64,000 nucleotides of DNA from Cladosporium halotolerans (GCF_011745625.1 NW_027191464.1:186001-250000), one strand, 5' to 3'; shown: positions 37,084 to 49,124, counted from the first letter of the stretch. A program made the numbers and translations. The notes: a model not told the origin generated them from the sequence alone.

Positions 37084-39699
37084 TCACGTCTGCCCTCCTC
37101 CATTGCTGCTTCGCTCCCTAAACTCCACCGCGCCATTCTCCTTGCTAGGCCGCTTGCCCATCATGACGATGCTCAGCGCGCGGCTGGCCACGCTGCTCGT
37201 CGAGCTGGGCCGGCCGTCGCTGGCCGCCTCAGACCACGACATCGGATCGACGACGCGGCGAATCTTGCCGACGGAGCTGAAGACGATCGGCATGACCGTG
37301 CCCGCCGCGAAGACGACGACGGCGACGATGACGGCGAACTGCGGCCCCCGCCCCTCGTTGACGATGTGGCTGCTGATGGGCGAGAAGACGGCGCCGCCGG
37401 AGATGGCGGACGTGACGACGACGCTGGCGAAGCGCGTGTGCTTGCCCATGCCGCGGATGGCCAGCGCGAAGATGAGCGGGAACAGCGGGCCCTCCATGCA
37501 GAAGACCATGAGGAGCATGGCGAGGCCGGCGCGGCCCGTGAGGTGCATGGAGAGGGCCTGGAAGAGGATGGCGCCGAGGAAGAAGATCAGGATGAGGTAG
37601 CGGGGGCGGACGAGGAGGGTCAGCCCCGCGGCGAGGAAGCGCGAGACGGCGAAGCAGGTGTGCGCGACGGCCAGGTAGTTGGATGCGCTCCAGTCTGTGC
37701 CGACGACGGCCGCGAGGTACTCGTCGAAGGTCGTGCCGTTGACTTCTTGCGCGCCGACATAGCAGAATTGGCTGAATGCTCCGAGGCCCAGAATGATCCA
37801 GATGACGGGGATTGAGCGGATTTGGGCCTTGTTTGCGCCGTCCATGCGCTCCGCTGCATCCTCCAGCTCGGCGTTGGTGGCTTCGGGGAGTGGCACGTAG
37901 TGGTAGACTACAGCCAGCAGGACCGTGAAGAGCGCAATACCAAGATACGCGTACTGCGTGTCCACCAGGGAGGGAGCATCAAAGTACGTCTCGAAGAACG
38001 CCTTCTTGGCGATCAAAGGCGCAATGACAGTGCCAACGGCCTGGATAGCCTGACTGAGCAACAGCCGCATTTCGGCGTACTGCGGCGGACCGCAGAGTGC
38101 GATGAAAGGGTTCGCCGAAACCTCCAAGATCGACAGGCCGAAACCGACGAAAATGTTCGTGATCAGATAAGCCGGGTAAGATGTTAGTACGGCCGATGGC
38201 CAGAAGATGAGAGTTCCGCAAGCGTATATGCTCAGACCGACGGAATAGCATGCCTTGAAACCCCAGTGCTCGAGAACCCAACGTCCCACAAGCCAAGGTC
38301 CGATGAGGTAACCAGCGAAGTATGCGCTGTGAATGCTCGATGTCTGTCCAGGCGACATCCGAGCGACGCTCTGGAATTGTTGGTTGAGCACATCAAGCAA
38401 GCCGTACTCGAAACCCCAGATAAAGAAGAGAAGCGATACCATGGCGAATGGGAAGACTGAGTCGCGACTCGTCATTTGTACCATACTCTTCTTCTGGTTG
38501 AGGTTCACAAAATCGAAAAAGGTGGGCGAATCTGGCCTCGTGTTCCGCGTTGTGTTGGTGAGCATTGTTGTCGTGCGGTCCAGTCTTGCGCCGTTCGCGC
38601 CGTTCATATCAGGCGTCGTCAAAAAGTCCATCATACCCATCGGCCCTTCGTCTTCGTGTGGTTCTGCATGGCTCTCATTTGCTGAAGGCGGCGTCTCGAC
38701 AATGGACGGAACGCGGTGTGCGTTGGCCATCTCGGAGTTGTAAGTGTACCTTGGAGCCGAGATGGACGAGTCTTTTTCGGTGACATCTCCTGCGTCGCGA
38801 AGCATGCGTGGCAAAAACCTCGAAGCCAACGGCTTGAGAGCAGGTACGCATGCGCACATGATACCGATGTTGACTTCGATCACGGACCACATGAAACTCA
38901 AGGAAGCGTACCAAGCAAAGTCCGTGTTCTCCGAGGTAAGGTTGTTGTCCTCGTTCAGATTATTGTGTATGTTGGCGATGCGTGTTTCTGCCGCAGACTG
39001 CAAGTACGCAATGCGTACCACATCGACGGCGGCGACAAAGATACCAAAGCTGAAGGTGATTATAAGAATGATTTTCTGTTTCTTCGGCAGGCGCATGCTC
39101 GTGAGAATAGGCATAGGTAAAAATAGAATGGCCAGATCGGTGATGATGTTGAGAGGTGCTGATGATAAATAGATGGTGACGATATCGGTGCAACTGGCTG
39201 AATCGGGAATTGGCGTTTGAAAGACGGCGTTGACGGGCGTGCATTGCCAGATATTGAGCATAGTCAACGCGAAGCCGCCAGCGTTGACCACAAAAAGTGT
39301 CGCAATTGTCGCCCACCGAAACGTGTGGTTGCTCTTGGAAAGTGTGAGGTAGAATATCAGGATTGATGTCTTTGACATCATGAGGGCAGGGTTGTAAAGC
39401 ACGCTGAAGGCGTAGTTGGATTTTTTGAGCGTCGACGCCCATTCCGGAGGTATGTTTTCTTCGTGTCGTCCGAGTCCGTAGCGTGTGCCCCAGATCACTG
39501 CCATCGTCATGCCGAATGCGATGATCCACGCGAGCACCATGAAGTAGTCATCCAGCGCGATCTTCTTGACGATTGCGCCACGGGACAGCATGCGCAGAAG
39601 GACAAAGACGGTGGATAGGACGGCCAGCGCAATGCTGACCGCCAGCACAGGCGCTGCTCGGCCCTGGAAATCATTGTGGTCCAAGTTCATGCCCGCCAT
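37084..39699 (-). CDS. Fusion of PTH11-like (fungal rhodopsin-domain) 7TM protein and FucP/GluP-type MFS sugar transporter, ~871 aa, intronless
   Basis: N-half: LDDY, YGLGRH, KTSILIFYL, NIITDLAILFLPMP, WSVIEVNIGIMCACVPALKPL. C-half: LFFIWGF.YGLLDVLN, AYFAGY, LEVSANPF, QFCYVGAQ, FPLIFALAIRG, ISGGAVF. Confidence 0.9.
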   Translation of the reverse strand: MAGMNLDHNDFQGRAAPVLAVSIALAVLSTVFVLLRMLSRGAIVKKIALDDYFMVLAWIIAFGMTMAVIWGTRYGLGRHEENIPPEWASTLKKSNYAFSVLYNPALMMSKTSILIFYLTLSKSNHTFRWATIATLFVVNAGGFALTMLNIWQCTPVNAVFQTPIPDSASCTDIVTIYLSSAPLNIITDLAILFLPMPILTSMRLPKKQKIILIITFSFGIFVAAVDVVRIAYLQSAAETRIANIHNNLNEDNNLTSENTDFAWYASLSFMWSVIEVNIGIMCACVPALKPLASRFLPRMLRDAGDVTEKDSSISAPRYTYNSEMANAHRVPSIVETPPSANESHAEPHEDEGPMGMMDFLTTPDMNGANGARLDRTTTMLTNTTRNTRPDSPTFFDFVNLNQKKSMVQMTSRDSVFPFAMVSLLFFIWGFEYGLLDVLNQQFQSVARMSPGQTSSIHSAYFAGYLIGPWLVGRWVLEHWGFKACYSVGLSIYACGTLIFWPSAVLTSYPAYLITNIFVGFGLSILEVSANPFIALCGPPQYAEMRLLLSQAIQAVGTVIAPLIAKKAFFETYFDAPSLVDTQYAYLGIALFTVLLAVVYHYVPLPEATNAELEDAAERMDGANKAQIRSIPVIWIILGLGAFSQFCYVGAQEVNGTTFDEYLAAVVGTDWSASNYLAVAHTCFAVSRFLAAGLTLLVRPRYLILIFFLGAILFQALSMHLTGRAGLAMLLMVFCMEGPLFPLIFALAIRGMGKHTRFASVVVTSAISGGAVFSPISSHIVNEGRGPQFAVIVAVVVFAAGTVMPIVFSSVGKIRRVVDPMSWSEAASDGRPSSTSSVASRALSIVMMGKRPSKENGAVEFRERSSNGGGQT

Positions 39700-41463
39700 G
39701 CCCAGTGTAACAGTATGCGGGCGGCCGGCGGCCCCCGATAGTTGTGCGCAGTTCACCCTCCAATTGTCCTAGGCGGCCTTCGCGACCACGCCATGCCTCA
39801 CCAGCGTCGCTGTCGGCAGAGTCCCCTCCGATCAAGCCAGGCCGGCTCTGCGGTATTCGATGTGTTGTCGGCGGTGGTTCGAATCCAGGATGTCGGCGCA
39901 GGGCCGCGGATGGTGTGGTGTGCAGGCGGGCGGACAGCGGCGAGAACAGACGATATCAAGCAGAGAAGGCGGAGGCAAAGGCGGCCGGCCGGGTGGGTCC
40001 ACCACGAGGCGGGAAGGCCTTCACATCGCGGGCTCTGCAGACCCCGAGTCGCGGGCGGCGGTCGAGGAGCTGGGGCAGGCAAAGGCAAAGCGCGGCGAGG
40101 CCGCTGATTTGCGGACGGGTGGAAAGTACCGGGGCGCGCGTCGCCAGACAGGCGAGCGCTGGAGTATCGACAGACTTAGACAAACTTAGCCCACGCATCG
40201 GCCGCTTGTTCCTGCTGCTCCTGGGCCGCTGACGTCGCGCTCTCCGCAATTCGGCTGAGCCTTTTTCTGCTGCAGACGCTGGCCGGTCGCGTGGGGGCTG
40301 CGCTGTGTCCAGTGCGCGCGGCCGCACCGCGTGTCTGCCGCCGTGCTTATTACCTAGGTATTGCCAGAGCACGCGTGTGAGCCGCGGTGCAATATTAATC
40401 TGCCTCGAACGGCAGCAGCTGGCAACTCGAGCGCACTGCTCGGCGACACCAGCGTCCGCCGCAGAGAGTACATAGTCCCGCCGAGCCCTGGCGCAGCGTC
40501 GCGGCCTCGACCCAAGACCCTCGACCAACGGCAAAGAGGCCGCATTTCGCCCGGCGGCGGTGGCTTGCAGCACAGCCAGATCCGGGCCAGACAGACGCGT
40601 GAGCCGCCCCATCCCTCACTCTGCGGCGCCAGCCGAGCTATGCACGTGACCCTGCGTGTGCGCCTCTGCCTCTGCAGCAAATCAGCAGGCTTACTACCCC
40701 GTGGGGCGCCCGCAGCCGCGCAAGTCTCCTGACCCTCCACCGTTCTGCGCCGTTCCCGCCGTTTCGTCCAGCCCCATGGCCTGCTCCGATGTTCGCAATC
40801 GTCTCCATCGGACGCCGTGTCATGTCCAGCGGCGAGGGGCGCGGTGGGCTCTGGTCGCAGGAGATCTTCACACCGCAACCGTCAATGCTTGCGCGGTGCG
40901 CTTGGACGCCTCGCTTGTGTACGAGGTGGGGGAGATGGCGTTTCGCTCGTTGCGAATCCTTTGACTGATCGCCGCATGGGCGGTGATCCTACTGGTCGGC
41001 GATTGACAGCTTTCGCCAGAAGCTCTAGCTTTCGGCCATTCACAGGCCACGATTTGCTCTCGCTAGTAGACTCAAAGGCTCTCTACTTTGGTGAGATCGC
41101 CCCATCACCTCGCCCTCCACCAGGGCAGCCCCTGGATCTCGGTCCTTTCTGCCCCGAGGCTACCAGCGGCTGAGTGATGTGAAAATGTGCAGCTTTGACG
41201 AAATCGCATTGGAGGAGCAATGCGCCGATCCTTAGGAATTCTGGATTGTGACTTCGAAGCAACGGTCCGCAGAAACGCGGCGTGAAGTGTGAATACAACT
41301 TATCCGGAACCCCTTGCGTGATCATCCGCGCGTACGGATTCGCGAGTAGTATACCCGACACTACCCTATTGACCAGTCGATTTAACTGTATCTATCAAGA
41401 TCCCAGTAGGGTGGACGCTGTAGAGTTAGTCACCTTCCCATTGATCGCTTCAATAGCGACGCA

Positions 41464-43978
41464 TCAAGCAGCCTGAGGCGCCACTGCAACAATCCTTCCA
41501 TTCTCGCGCAGCGCCCTGAAAGCCTCATCCACTTCCGCAACGCCGCATAGTCCAAGCTGCATCTCACCGTGTCTCTCAGAAGCGGACCTAACAGCTTCAG
41601 CAGCATAAGCGCTCCGCTCCGTGTACGCCCACTGCCTCAGTGCGTCTACCTCACTCTCCCACCTCTTCAAGCACGCTTCGACCTCATGCTCTTCGCTCTC
41701 CCGCATGCATTTCCGAAGGAAGCACGCGGCGTCGAGAACCAGAGTGTTGCCCTCCGCATCGAGGCTGGCGAACTGTAGCGGAGCTTCGTGAGCATGGGGT
41801 CCCTGCGCTCGATGATTCCGTGGCAGACGACGATGGTCCATTTGCCTTGCGTTAGGGGTGCGGTTGGCATGAAAGGGCCAGGCGACATTTGGCTGGTTCG
41901 GGCGGCGAAGGCGCAGAGTTCGCCGGGGAGGGGGTGGACGGCGAGGTCGTCCTGGGATAAGTTAGCAGAGTATAGGTTGGAGTGGTTGCAAAGCCGCGCA
42001 GCGATGTGAGCGGCCAGCGAAGGGTTTTAGCAGTGCTTGTTCCGAACACCACTATTTTTGTGTTCTAGCAGAACGGATACTAGCGTGAGACCCAAGATGT
42101 GTCCGTGGATGCTGATGCGCAGGAGCAACAGTTGGAGCGATTGGAGGCGGAGTGATGTGCTTACCTTCAATGACACGCGCTCTGCCATTTGCATAATGGC
42201 CCATCCTCTCTCCCAATCGGGACTCATCGCGTAAGGCTCCGCGAGAATGGATAAGAACATGGGGAAGGCCGCAACGCCTTCATCGGCTGTGAGGAAACTA
42301 TCGCTCAAATGGAGACATTAATTGTTGGCAGAGGGGCGGTCGTTGATGTCATTATTTCCCAGCACTTCGGACCACCGTAGTCCGTCGTTCTCAATACGTG
42401 GCGTGATCGTGGCGCTTGTTTCCGCTGATTCCGGAAGATTGAAGTATACGAGCTGCGTGAGAGGGAACTGTTTGGGGTGTGGGAGCGCCGGGAGCGGAGG
42501 GTTCTATAGTTTGGGCCGGATGCCTTGGGCTGATAGGACTCTTGTTTGGTTGGAGTCGTTGCTGCTCACAAATCTGCGAGAGTATAGCTCGGGCGTGGTG
42601 AGGCTTGTAATACCGGTGCCATCGATGGTGCTGACGATGTCATTGAGATCGATAGTGTCGTGTTTCCCAACGGATAGCTCAGCAATGCTATCGCTGGCGA
42701 TCAACCGTTGAAGACCCCCACCCGTGACATCTTCCAGATCTGGCAAGGTCAAGCGTAGCTTCTGGTTTGGGTCATCCGACAACTCATTCACGATTGTGAC
42801 AACTTTATCTAGCGAGAGGTTGCAGAAAGGGCTGAGGTCGACTGTAGTACAGCCTCTGTGTGCTCGCTCTAGTAACGTGCACAAATGCTCATCTCTCAAA
42901 TCCTCAGGAGAGGCAAGAACGTATGCATGCAACGCCTCTGGGAAGCCTGGTTCACCTTCAACCTCTTCGAGCCAGGAGAGACCGCCCGATTTGACCCCGT
43001 TCCCAATCAATTTGCCCAGCGATTCAATTTTCGAACGAGGGATGTGGCGATTAGAGCCGTGAAACTCTTCAGAAACTCGCTTACTGGCTGTACCCTCGCC
43101 GTCAAAAGGCAAGCTCACGGCCCCGAATCCACCACCTTGCGGTCAGACGCTATCCAAATCGCAGCAGCGGACGAGCGGGAACGCATCCAACTCACGCACC
43201 TCGTCCGGGAAGTGCTCGGCCACGGGGTTGCCAAGAGCAGGTCCATGATTGGAGCAGCCAGGGCCATCGGAATGGTCATTGGCGTCGTCGTAAATTTCAT
43301 CTTCGGCCCGGTACCTCCGGATGTAGTCGCTCGCGTTCATGATGCTCCGGCTGTGACACAATCCGTCATGACGGTCGCAAGGCCGTTTTGCGACGCATCG
43401 CATCATGGCGTAGCGCGGGCGGCCGATCTCTGTTATGTCGAAGATGGAGATGCCGTCGCCGTTCTGGATTTGGTCGGGTGGTGTGTCAATGGGTAGCGGG
43501 TGGGCGGGCGAGAGCGCGTGGGATGGAGGTCGGACGTCACTTCCGAGAAGTAGGGCTGTGGTCATGAAAGGGAAATCGATGCCCTGTTAGATATTCATCA
43601 GAGCTGTCAAAAACTAGCTATCTGGATCGAGGATTGGGGGAGATGTGCTGTCTTATTTTCCAGGCAATCAAATCTGGATCAATCACAAAACAAAATACTG
43701 GTAACATTGGATAGCAAGCAAGGAAGGGATATCGCACTCACCCATTCAGATCGATCGCCTCTACTGCATGGATTCCAGAAGTCCGCCGGCTTGGATGCGG
43801 CAAGTTTCAACTCTCGTCGGATTGCAGGAAAGTTGCGAGGCGCCCTCAGGATCTTCAATGTGACAAGGTATTGCCGCACCGCTGAAAGCTCCATCAACCA
43901 CTGGCTGTGAATTGCAGCTATCGTTCGATAGCGCTCGCCAACGCGGGCTATCGCGTAGAACTGGCGTCGCTGGCGCAT
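41464..43978 (-). pseudogene. Disabled copy of an uncharacterised fungal gene (exons ~43978-43742, 43583-42165, ~41952-41464) with 3 in-frame stops and 1 apparent frameshift
   Basis: ORF pieces 43565-43143, 43118-42504, 42503-42321 and 42308-42165 are one reading frame broken by TGA (43143), TAG (42504), TAA (42318); canonical introns persist; last exon changes frame near 41773. Confidence 0.72.
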
Positions 43979-44220
43979 ACCGTGAGCTGGGCAGACGTGT
44001 AAGATATGGTTGAGGATGACATCGTTAAGTGTCGAGCAGATTTACCGCGTTTTAAAGCTCTTGTATGCAAGATCTAGCAATGGTTGTGCATACACGCTTG
44101 TGTTACGCGAGAAGGCGGCAGGATCGCGCCAAGAGGTGAGGTCGACCCGCGGGGCACCTCATTGAACAGCCTGAAGGGCGATACTGTGCCACAACTTCCA
44201 ACCTGCATTGAGCAGTTGCG

Positions 44221-45694
44221 ATGGTTGCAAAAGAGTGCGAGATTGTCGAATGTGACGAAGCAGGAAATGTCACGGCGACATACGTGCAGACCGCCGGCTC
44301 CAAGGAAGGTGTCGGTCGAGTCGATGTCATTCTTCCAACGCAGACGAAACCAGTCTGGCAAAGACTACTAGACGTGTTTCTGCCCGCAGGATACCCCCAC
44401 AGTGTGACAGATGACTATTTGGAGTGAGTAGATGTCCACACGAGAAAGTAATGCTCCTATCGATTGTCTTGACTGACATCTGGCAAGATATCAGGTTTAT
44501 GTATGAGAACACGACCCGCATAGACCGTCACTCGACTGACAAACATCCAAGGACTCCCTCCAAGCATTCTCCAGCAGCATCGCTGGCCTCCTCTCCTCCC
44601 GCGCCGTCCTCTCCAGCGTCGGGGTAGGCGACTCCTCCGCCTCACCAACCGCCGCCCTCATCCTCTCCATCATCCAAGAATCCGCCGGCCGCATCGCAAC
44701 AATCCTCTTCGCCCACCGCTTCGGCACCTCCCTCGAGCCCGAGTGCAAAATGTACCGCCTGCTGGCCGACATCCTCAACGACCTCGCCTTCGTCCTCGAC
44801 TGCCTGTCCCCCGCCTTCCCCAAACCCCTCCGCGTCCTCGTCCTCAGCTTCAGCAGCGTCCTGCGCGCCCTCTGCGGCGTCGCCGCGGGTTCCGCGAAAG
44901 CCAGTCTCAGCGCGCACTTCGCCCGCTGGGGCAACCTGGGCGAGCTGAACGCGAAGGACTCCAGCCAGGAGACCGTCATCTCGCTCCTGGGCATGCTCGT
45001 CGGCAGCCTCGTCGTGCAGTACGTCACGTCGCCGCTCGCGACCTGGACGACTCTCATCGTGCTTCTCTCGGTACATCTCGAGACCAACCGCCGCGCCGTC
45101 CGCGCCGTCAGCATGCGGACGCTCAACCGCCAGCGCGCGAACCTCGTCTACCACCACCTGCGGCGCGGCCACGTTCCCACACCTACGGAAGTCTCGCGGG
45201 AAGAGCACATCTTCGAGCAGCCAGGCGTGCTGCGTAGCTCGGCGGGCGGAGCGCTGGGATTCTGCGAGCTGGGCGCGTCGCTGGCTTCGTTTCTACGAAC
45301 TCTAGGGCCTGCACACGCGGCGACGAAAGCTACGAGCGTGCCGAGCGCGGCGCTGGCGAAGTTGCTCAGGCCGTTCGATAACAGCAAATATCTGATGTGG
45401 TATGACCCGCTGAGCGTGAGTCAGAAGGTCAGCGTGCATGTTGCGTTCAAGCAGGGTGCTACGCCGCTGGATCATCTAACGGCGTGGTGGCATGCGCTGG
45501 CGCTGGCGGAGGGGTCGCACGGGCAGGTGCATGGTGAAGAAGCTGAGGGCGATGAGTTGAGCTTGCTGGAGCGATCGATGGCATCTGCGTCTGAGCTCGT
45601 GTCGAAGTATCAGGATCAATTGGTGGAGGCGGGTTGGGATCTGCAAACGGGGGCGCTGGAGACGGGCTCGAGTTCCCGTCTGATAGTGAAGTAG
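44221..45694 (+). CDS. RUS1 family protein (DUF647, root-UVB-sensitive / vitamin B6 homeostasis); exons 44221-44423, 44488-44500, 44552-45694
   Basis: FLPAGYPHSVTDDYLE|YQVY|DSLQAFSSSIAGLLSSRAVL..GVG, YRLLADILND, SAKASLSAHFA..NLGELNAKDSSQET, AVRAVSMRTLNRQR. Confidence 0.93.
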
Positions 45695-45968
45695 GTACAA
45701 CCACGGAAGGGGTTTATCCACATACCTGATGCTAGCGATACGTATATTCCTACGCCTCAATCTGCTTATTCGAAAAGACACGCATATTACGTCGTTCGCA
45801 GTGATACCCAAGTTCGTGATACTCCGCCGTTCAAAACCTCTCAATGAGACAACGACATACCTGTCGAGCGAGGATTACAGACGACTGGAGGTAAAAAAAG
45901 AACAAAAACAAAGAATGAAAGCAGAAGTGGCTGCAAAAGATAATATACTCCAGGTTGGCAAAAGAAAT

Positions 45969-46040
45969 TGACCGACGCAGGGATCGAACCTGCAATCTCT
46001 TGATTCGTAGTCAAGCGCCTTGCCATTGGGCCAGCCGGCC
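45969..46040 (-). tRNA. tRNA-Arg (anticodon ACG), 72 nt, no intron
   Basis: GGCCGGC acceptor stem pairs with GTCGGTC+A; anticodon arm CTTGA-CTACGAA-TCAAG; T arm GCAGG-TTCGATC-CCTGC; followed by TTTCTTTT Pol III terminator-like tract. Confidence 0.97.
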
Positions 46041-46450
46041 TACTTGTTGATAAGTCCTCTTTTGTGCAATATATATTATACAAACATTTTCTGACAATCT
46101 CAACGATGCGTGCTCAAGACATCATTGCCTGCCATCGCCAGGCCAATCTTCAAAGTATAAACGCCGGCTCATCTCAAAAGCATAGTCGTCTATTGAAAGT
46201 GATCTCGTCTCGTCTCTGCTCCCTCGCCCACATCCTGTGCCAAAAAAAAAAAGTTTGCGTCTCTATAGATTGCTCATTACAAATGTATCGTGCACTTCGT
46301 GTCTACCGTGATGACCAAAGAAAAATCTCCACCCAATTCCCCCCCAAAAGCAGGCCCAGCGCAGTCCGTGTCAACCATCGATTGCAACCTGCACTCGCAT
46401 TGCTTCCAACCTCTCTTGCCCTCCCAGAACCCTTCCAGAATCATCAATCA

Positions 46451-47407
46451 TCAACCCAAATAAGTATTCCCCACCAGCGGCCCCACCAACCTCCCCTTCC
46501 CGCCCCTCGCCGCCTTCATCTCCAAGTACAGCTGCGGGTTGATGCCCTTCTTCCGCAGCTTCGCCAGCTTCTTCTCGCCCAGCGCGCTGACGTCCGCGCC
46601 GCAGCCGCCGTCCTGCGACGTCCTCGCGTCGCCTCCCCCTCCCCCTCCTCCTCCTCCCAGCTCAGAAGCCGTGTGATGACTCCGCATATCTTCCCAGCCC
46701 GCCGTCGCCCCGCCCCCGCCATTGGTGTTGGTGCGCGCGGCTTCGAGGGACGAGGAAATGCTGAGGCGCTCGGACTGCTGGTCGAGCGAGATGCGCTTTT
46801 CGATGCGCGGCTGCGGGTCCGGGAGCGTTGTGCTGGAGGGTTTGGGCGAGAGGGCTGGGCGCTGCGTCTGCGCTTCGAGGCGCTGCTGCGCGACGGCGTG
46901 GGCGGGGGGCGCGTCGCCGGGCAGCTCGGCGATGAGCGGGTGGTCGGCGCGGCTGCTGGGAGGGCGGCGCGGGGTCGTCGTCGACGACGACGCTGCTGGT
47001 GGGCCGCTGGCTGTGTAGCGCTGCGCGTCGTAGTCGCTGCCGCGGCGGGGGAGGGTGCGTTTGGAGCGCAGCTCGCCGGTCTCGGGGTCCCAGACTAATT
47101 CTGAGCCGGCGGAGTGGGTGGAGGGCGCGAGGCTGTCGCGGTCGGAGTCGAGGGAGAAGCGAGGCTCGTCGGGCAGGTCGTGGGCGGCGCCTACGCCGCG
47201 GATGCTGCCGCCGGCGTTGCTGGATGAGGACGAGGTGGAGGCCGCGTAGGTGCCATCGCGGTTGAGGTTGCGCGACGACGGGATGTCCTGGGGCTTGGGG
47301 CGGGAGAAGTTGAGGGGTTTGGGCCGCAGGTCGACGGACGGGTTGCGGCTGGAGTGCAGGCTCTCGCTGTCCGTTTCGCTGACGGGACTCAGGCGCCCAA
47401 AGGGCAT
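46451..47407 (-). CDS. Hypothetical, largely disordered protein (~318 aa) with basic C-terminal motif
   Basis: Codon-biased ORF from MPFGRLSPVSETD; islands ELVWDPETGEL, HPLIAELPGD and EKKLAKLRKKGINPQLYLEMKAAR..GPLVGNTYLG. Confidence 0.75.
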   Translation of the reverse strand: MPFGRLSPVSETDSESLHSSRNPSVDLRPKPLNFSRPKPQDIPSSRNLNRDGTYAASTSSSSSNAGGSIRGVGAAHDLPDEPRFSLDSDRDSLAPSTHSAGSELVWDPETGELRSKRTLPRRGSDYDAQRYTASGPPAASSSTTTPRRPPSSRADHPLIAELPGDAPPAHAVAQQRLEAQTQRPALSPKPSSTTLPDPQPRIEKRISLDQQSERLSISSSLEAARTNTNGGGGATAGWEDMRSHHTASELGGGGGGGGGDARTSQDGGCGADVSALGEKKLAKLRKKGINPQLYLEMKAARGGKGRLVGPLVGNTYLG

Positions 47408-49124
47408 GGCGGACGAGGTGAGGTCGCTCGGCGACGCAAGGCAGGCGGATAAAGCGTGCGGTGGAGTTGGGTTAGCCCTCAGGCGGGCAAGCGGCGGCAC
47501 TTGGGTTTCAGCCAGTGCCGCGAGAGCAAGCAGCAGTAGACGTCGATGGGGCAAGCATCGCTCGATTGCGCAGAGCAGGAGACGGCGGCGGGCGGAGTGC
47601 TTCAGGATGCCTGGACGCAGAGAGGGATCTGCGAGGCCGCGACAGAGCAGTCACGTCTGCCCGGTCTGCCGGTGCCAGGGTAGCGTAGCGGTCGCGTGTG
47701 CCATGCCATGCGTGGAGTCGCTTCCGCGCCGGAGCGGGAGGTGGTGAGGTGGTGACAGCGCCGGTGCGGCGGTGCCTGATGATGCGTCCACCCGCGGCTC
47801 TCCAAAGCGCGATCTGCGCGCCGCTCGCACGCAGTCCATTGGCGGCAGACGATTCGCGAGCTGCGATCGGCAGCGCTAGCTGCGGAGCCTTTCGTCCAAG
47901 GCGTGCGGCAGCGCGGTACTAAGGCAGGCGGCGAGCGAGGCCGCTTTCTTGTGAAGAGCCTTGCAAAAGCCACCAACGCAAGCGTGCGTGCGTGCGCGGA
48001 GGCCGCCCGGGCGCCGTGCTTGTGCCTGTGCAATGACTGTGCAATAGCTACTTCCAGTGCGCGCCTGTCACAGAAATGACAAGGCGCGCGCAAAGCACGG
48101 TCTGATCAACGGTCTGCGGGAGTGATACTACACTACACGATCTGCGCTATCACACCCCAATCTACCAAAGATACGAACCTGCTCCGTCCGCCCCAATCAC
48201 CAAACGCGCGCGCGCGCCATCACCAGCCAGCCCCTCAAAGTAAAAAGCGCGGGCCTCGTCTTCACACGCTGGGTCGCGCGCGCCACAGGGTCCGACGAGG
48301 AGGGAGAGACATCCTGCTGTCTGAACAACCTTAAACCCCTAGTGGCAAGCCAAAACACGCTGCTGGTGCTGCCGGTGGCCGTGGAGTTGGGTGCCTTCGA
48401 AAGCGTATTCGGACCCTTTTTTGAGGGACCCACGACTTCGGTTGTATTTTCGCGTGATGGGCGTCTCGCTTGCTGTCGGTCTTGGGACGGTGGCGCGGGC
48501 GCGGTGGTGGGATTGGGTGGATTGTGTAGGTAGTTCCTAGGGTAGATGTAGATGCGTTGCGGTGGGGATTGGGGTGGGTTCAGCTGTAGTTGGGGAATGC
48601 GGATGCGAGGCGAGGGCTGCAGATCTTCGCTGGCGATTGAGCAGTGCGTAGCATGGAAGTCGAACTGGCCTGGGTCGAGAATCAGGACTCCTATGTGAGG
48701 CGCAGGCGAGGGTCACTGTGAAATGTGCAAACTGGGAACTGGAGATATCGTGTCATAAATTCCACCATGATGGCGGATAGAAATGTTTGTAAGAGTATCA
48801 AAAGTATCGTTTCGTTCCCATGCATCCCGGTCCTTGCAGGACTCATTCACGTCCACATCGTTAAGAGTAGGGAAAACACAACAAAAGTTAGTAGCAACAA
48901 CTCCCATCCTGACCGGTGCCTTATTTAAGCCTTCCCTGGCCGACACATCCCAATAAACACCAAGGCAAGCCTCTCCCAGACTTGGCTCGTATGCGCCTGA
49001 TATGCGCCAAACAATCGCTAAAGGCGGCGAATAATAACAGCGAAGATGCGCAATGAGTGGCATGCCAATATAAAAGAGACAATGATTTGGTCGTCAAACC
49101 TTGTGATCAAGGCCTGAGATGAGG

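Noticed and set aside
46064..47098. 344-aa + strand ORF
   Set aside because: Antisense to the better codon-biased minus-strand gene; non-ATG start and shadow-like composition.
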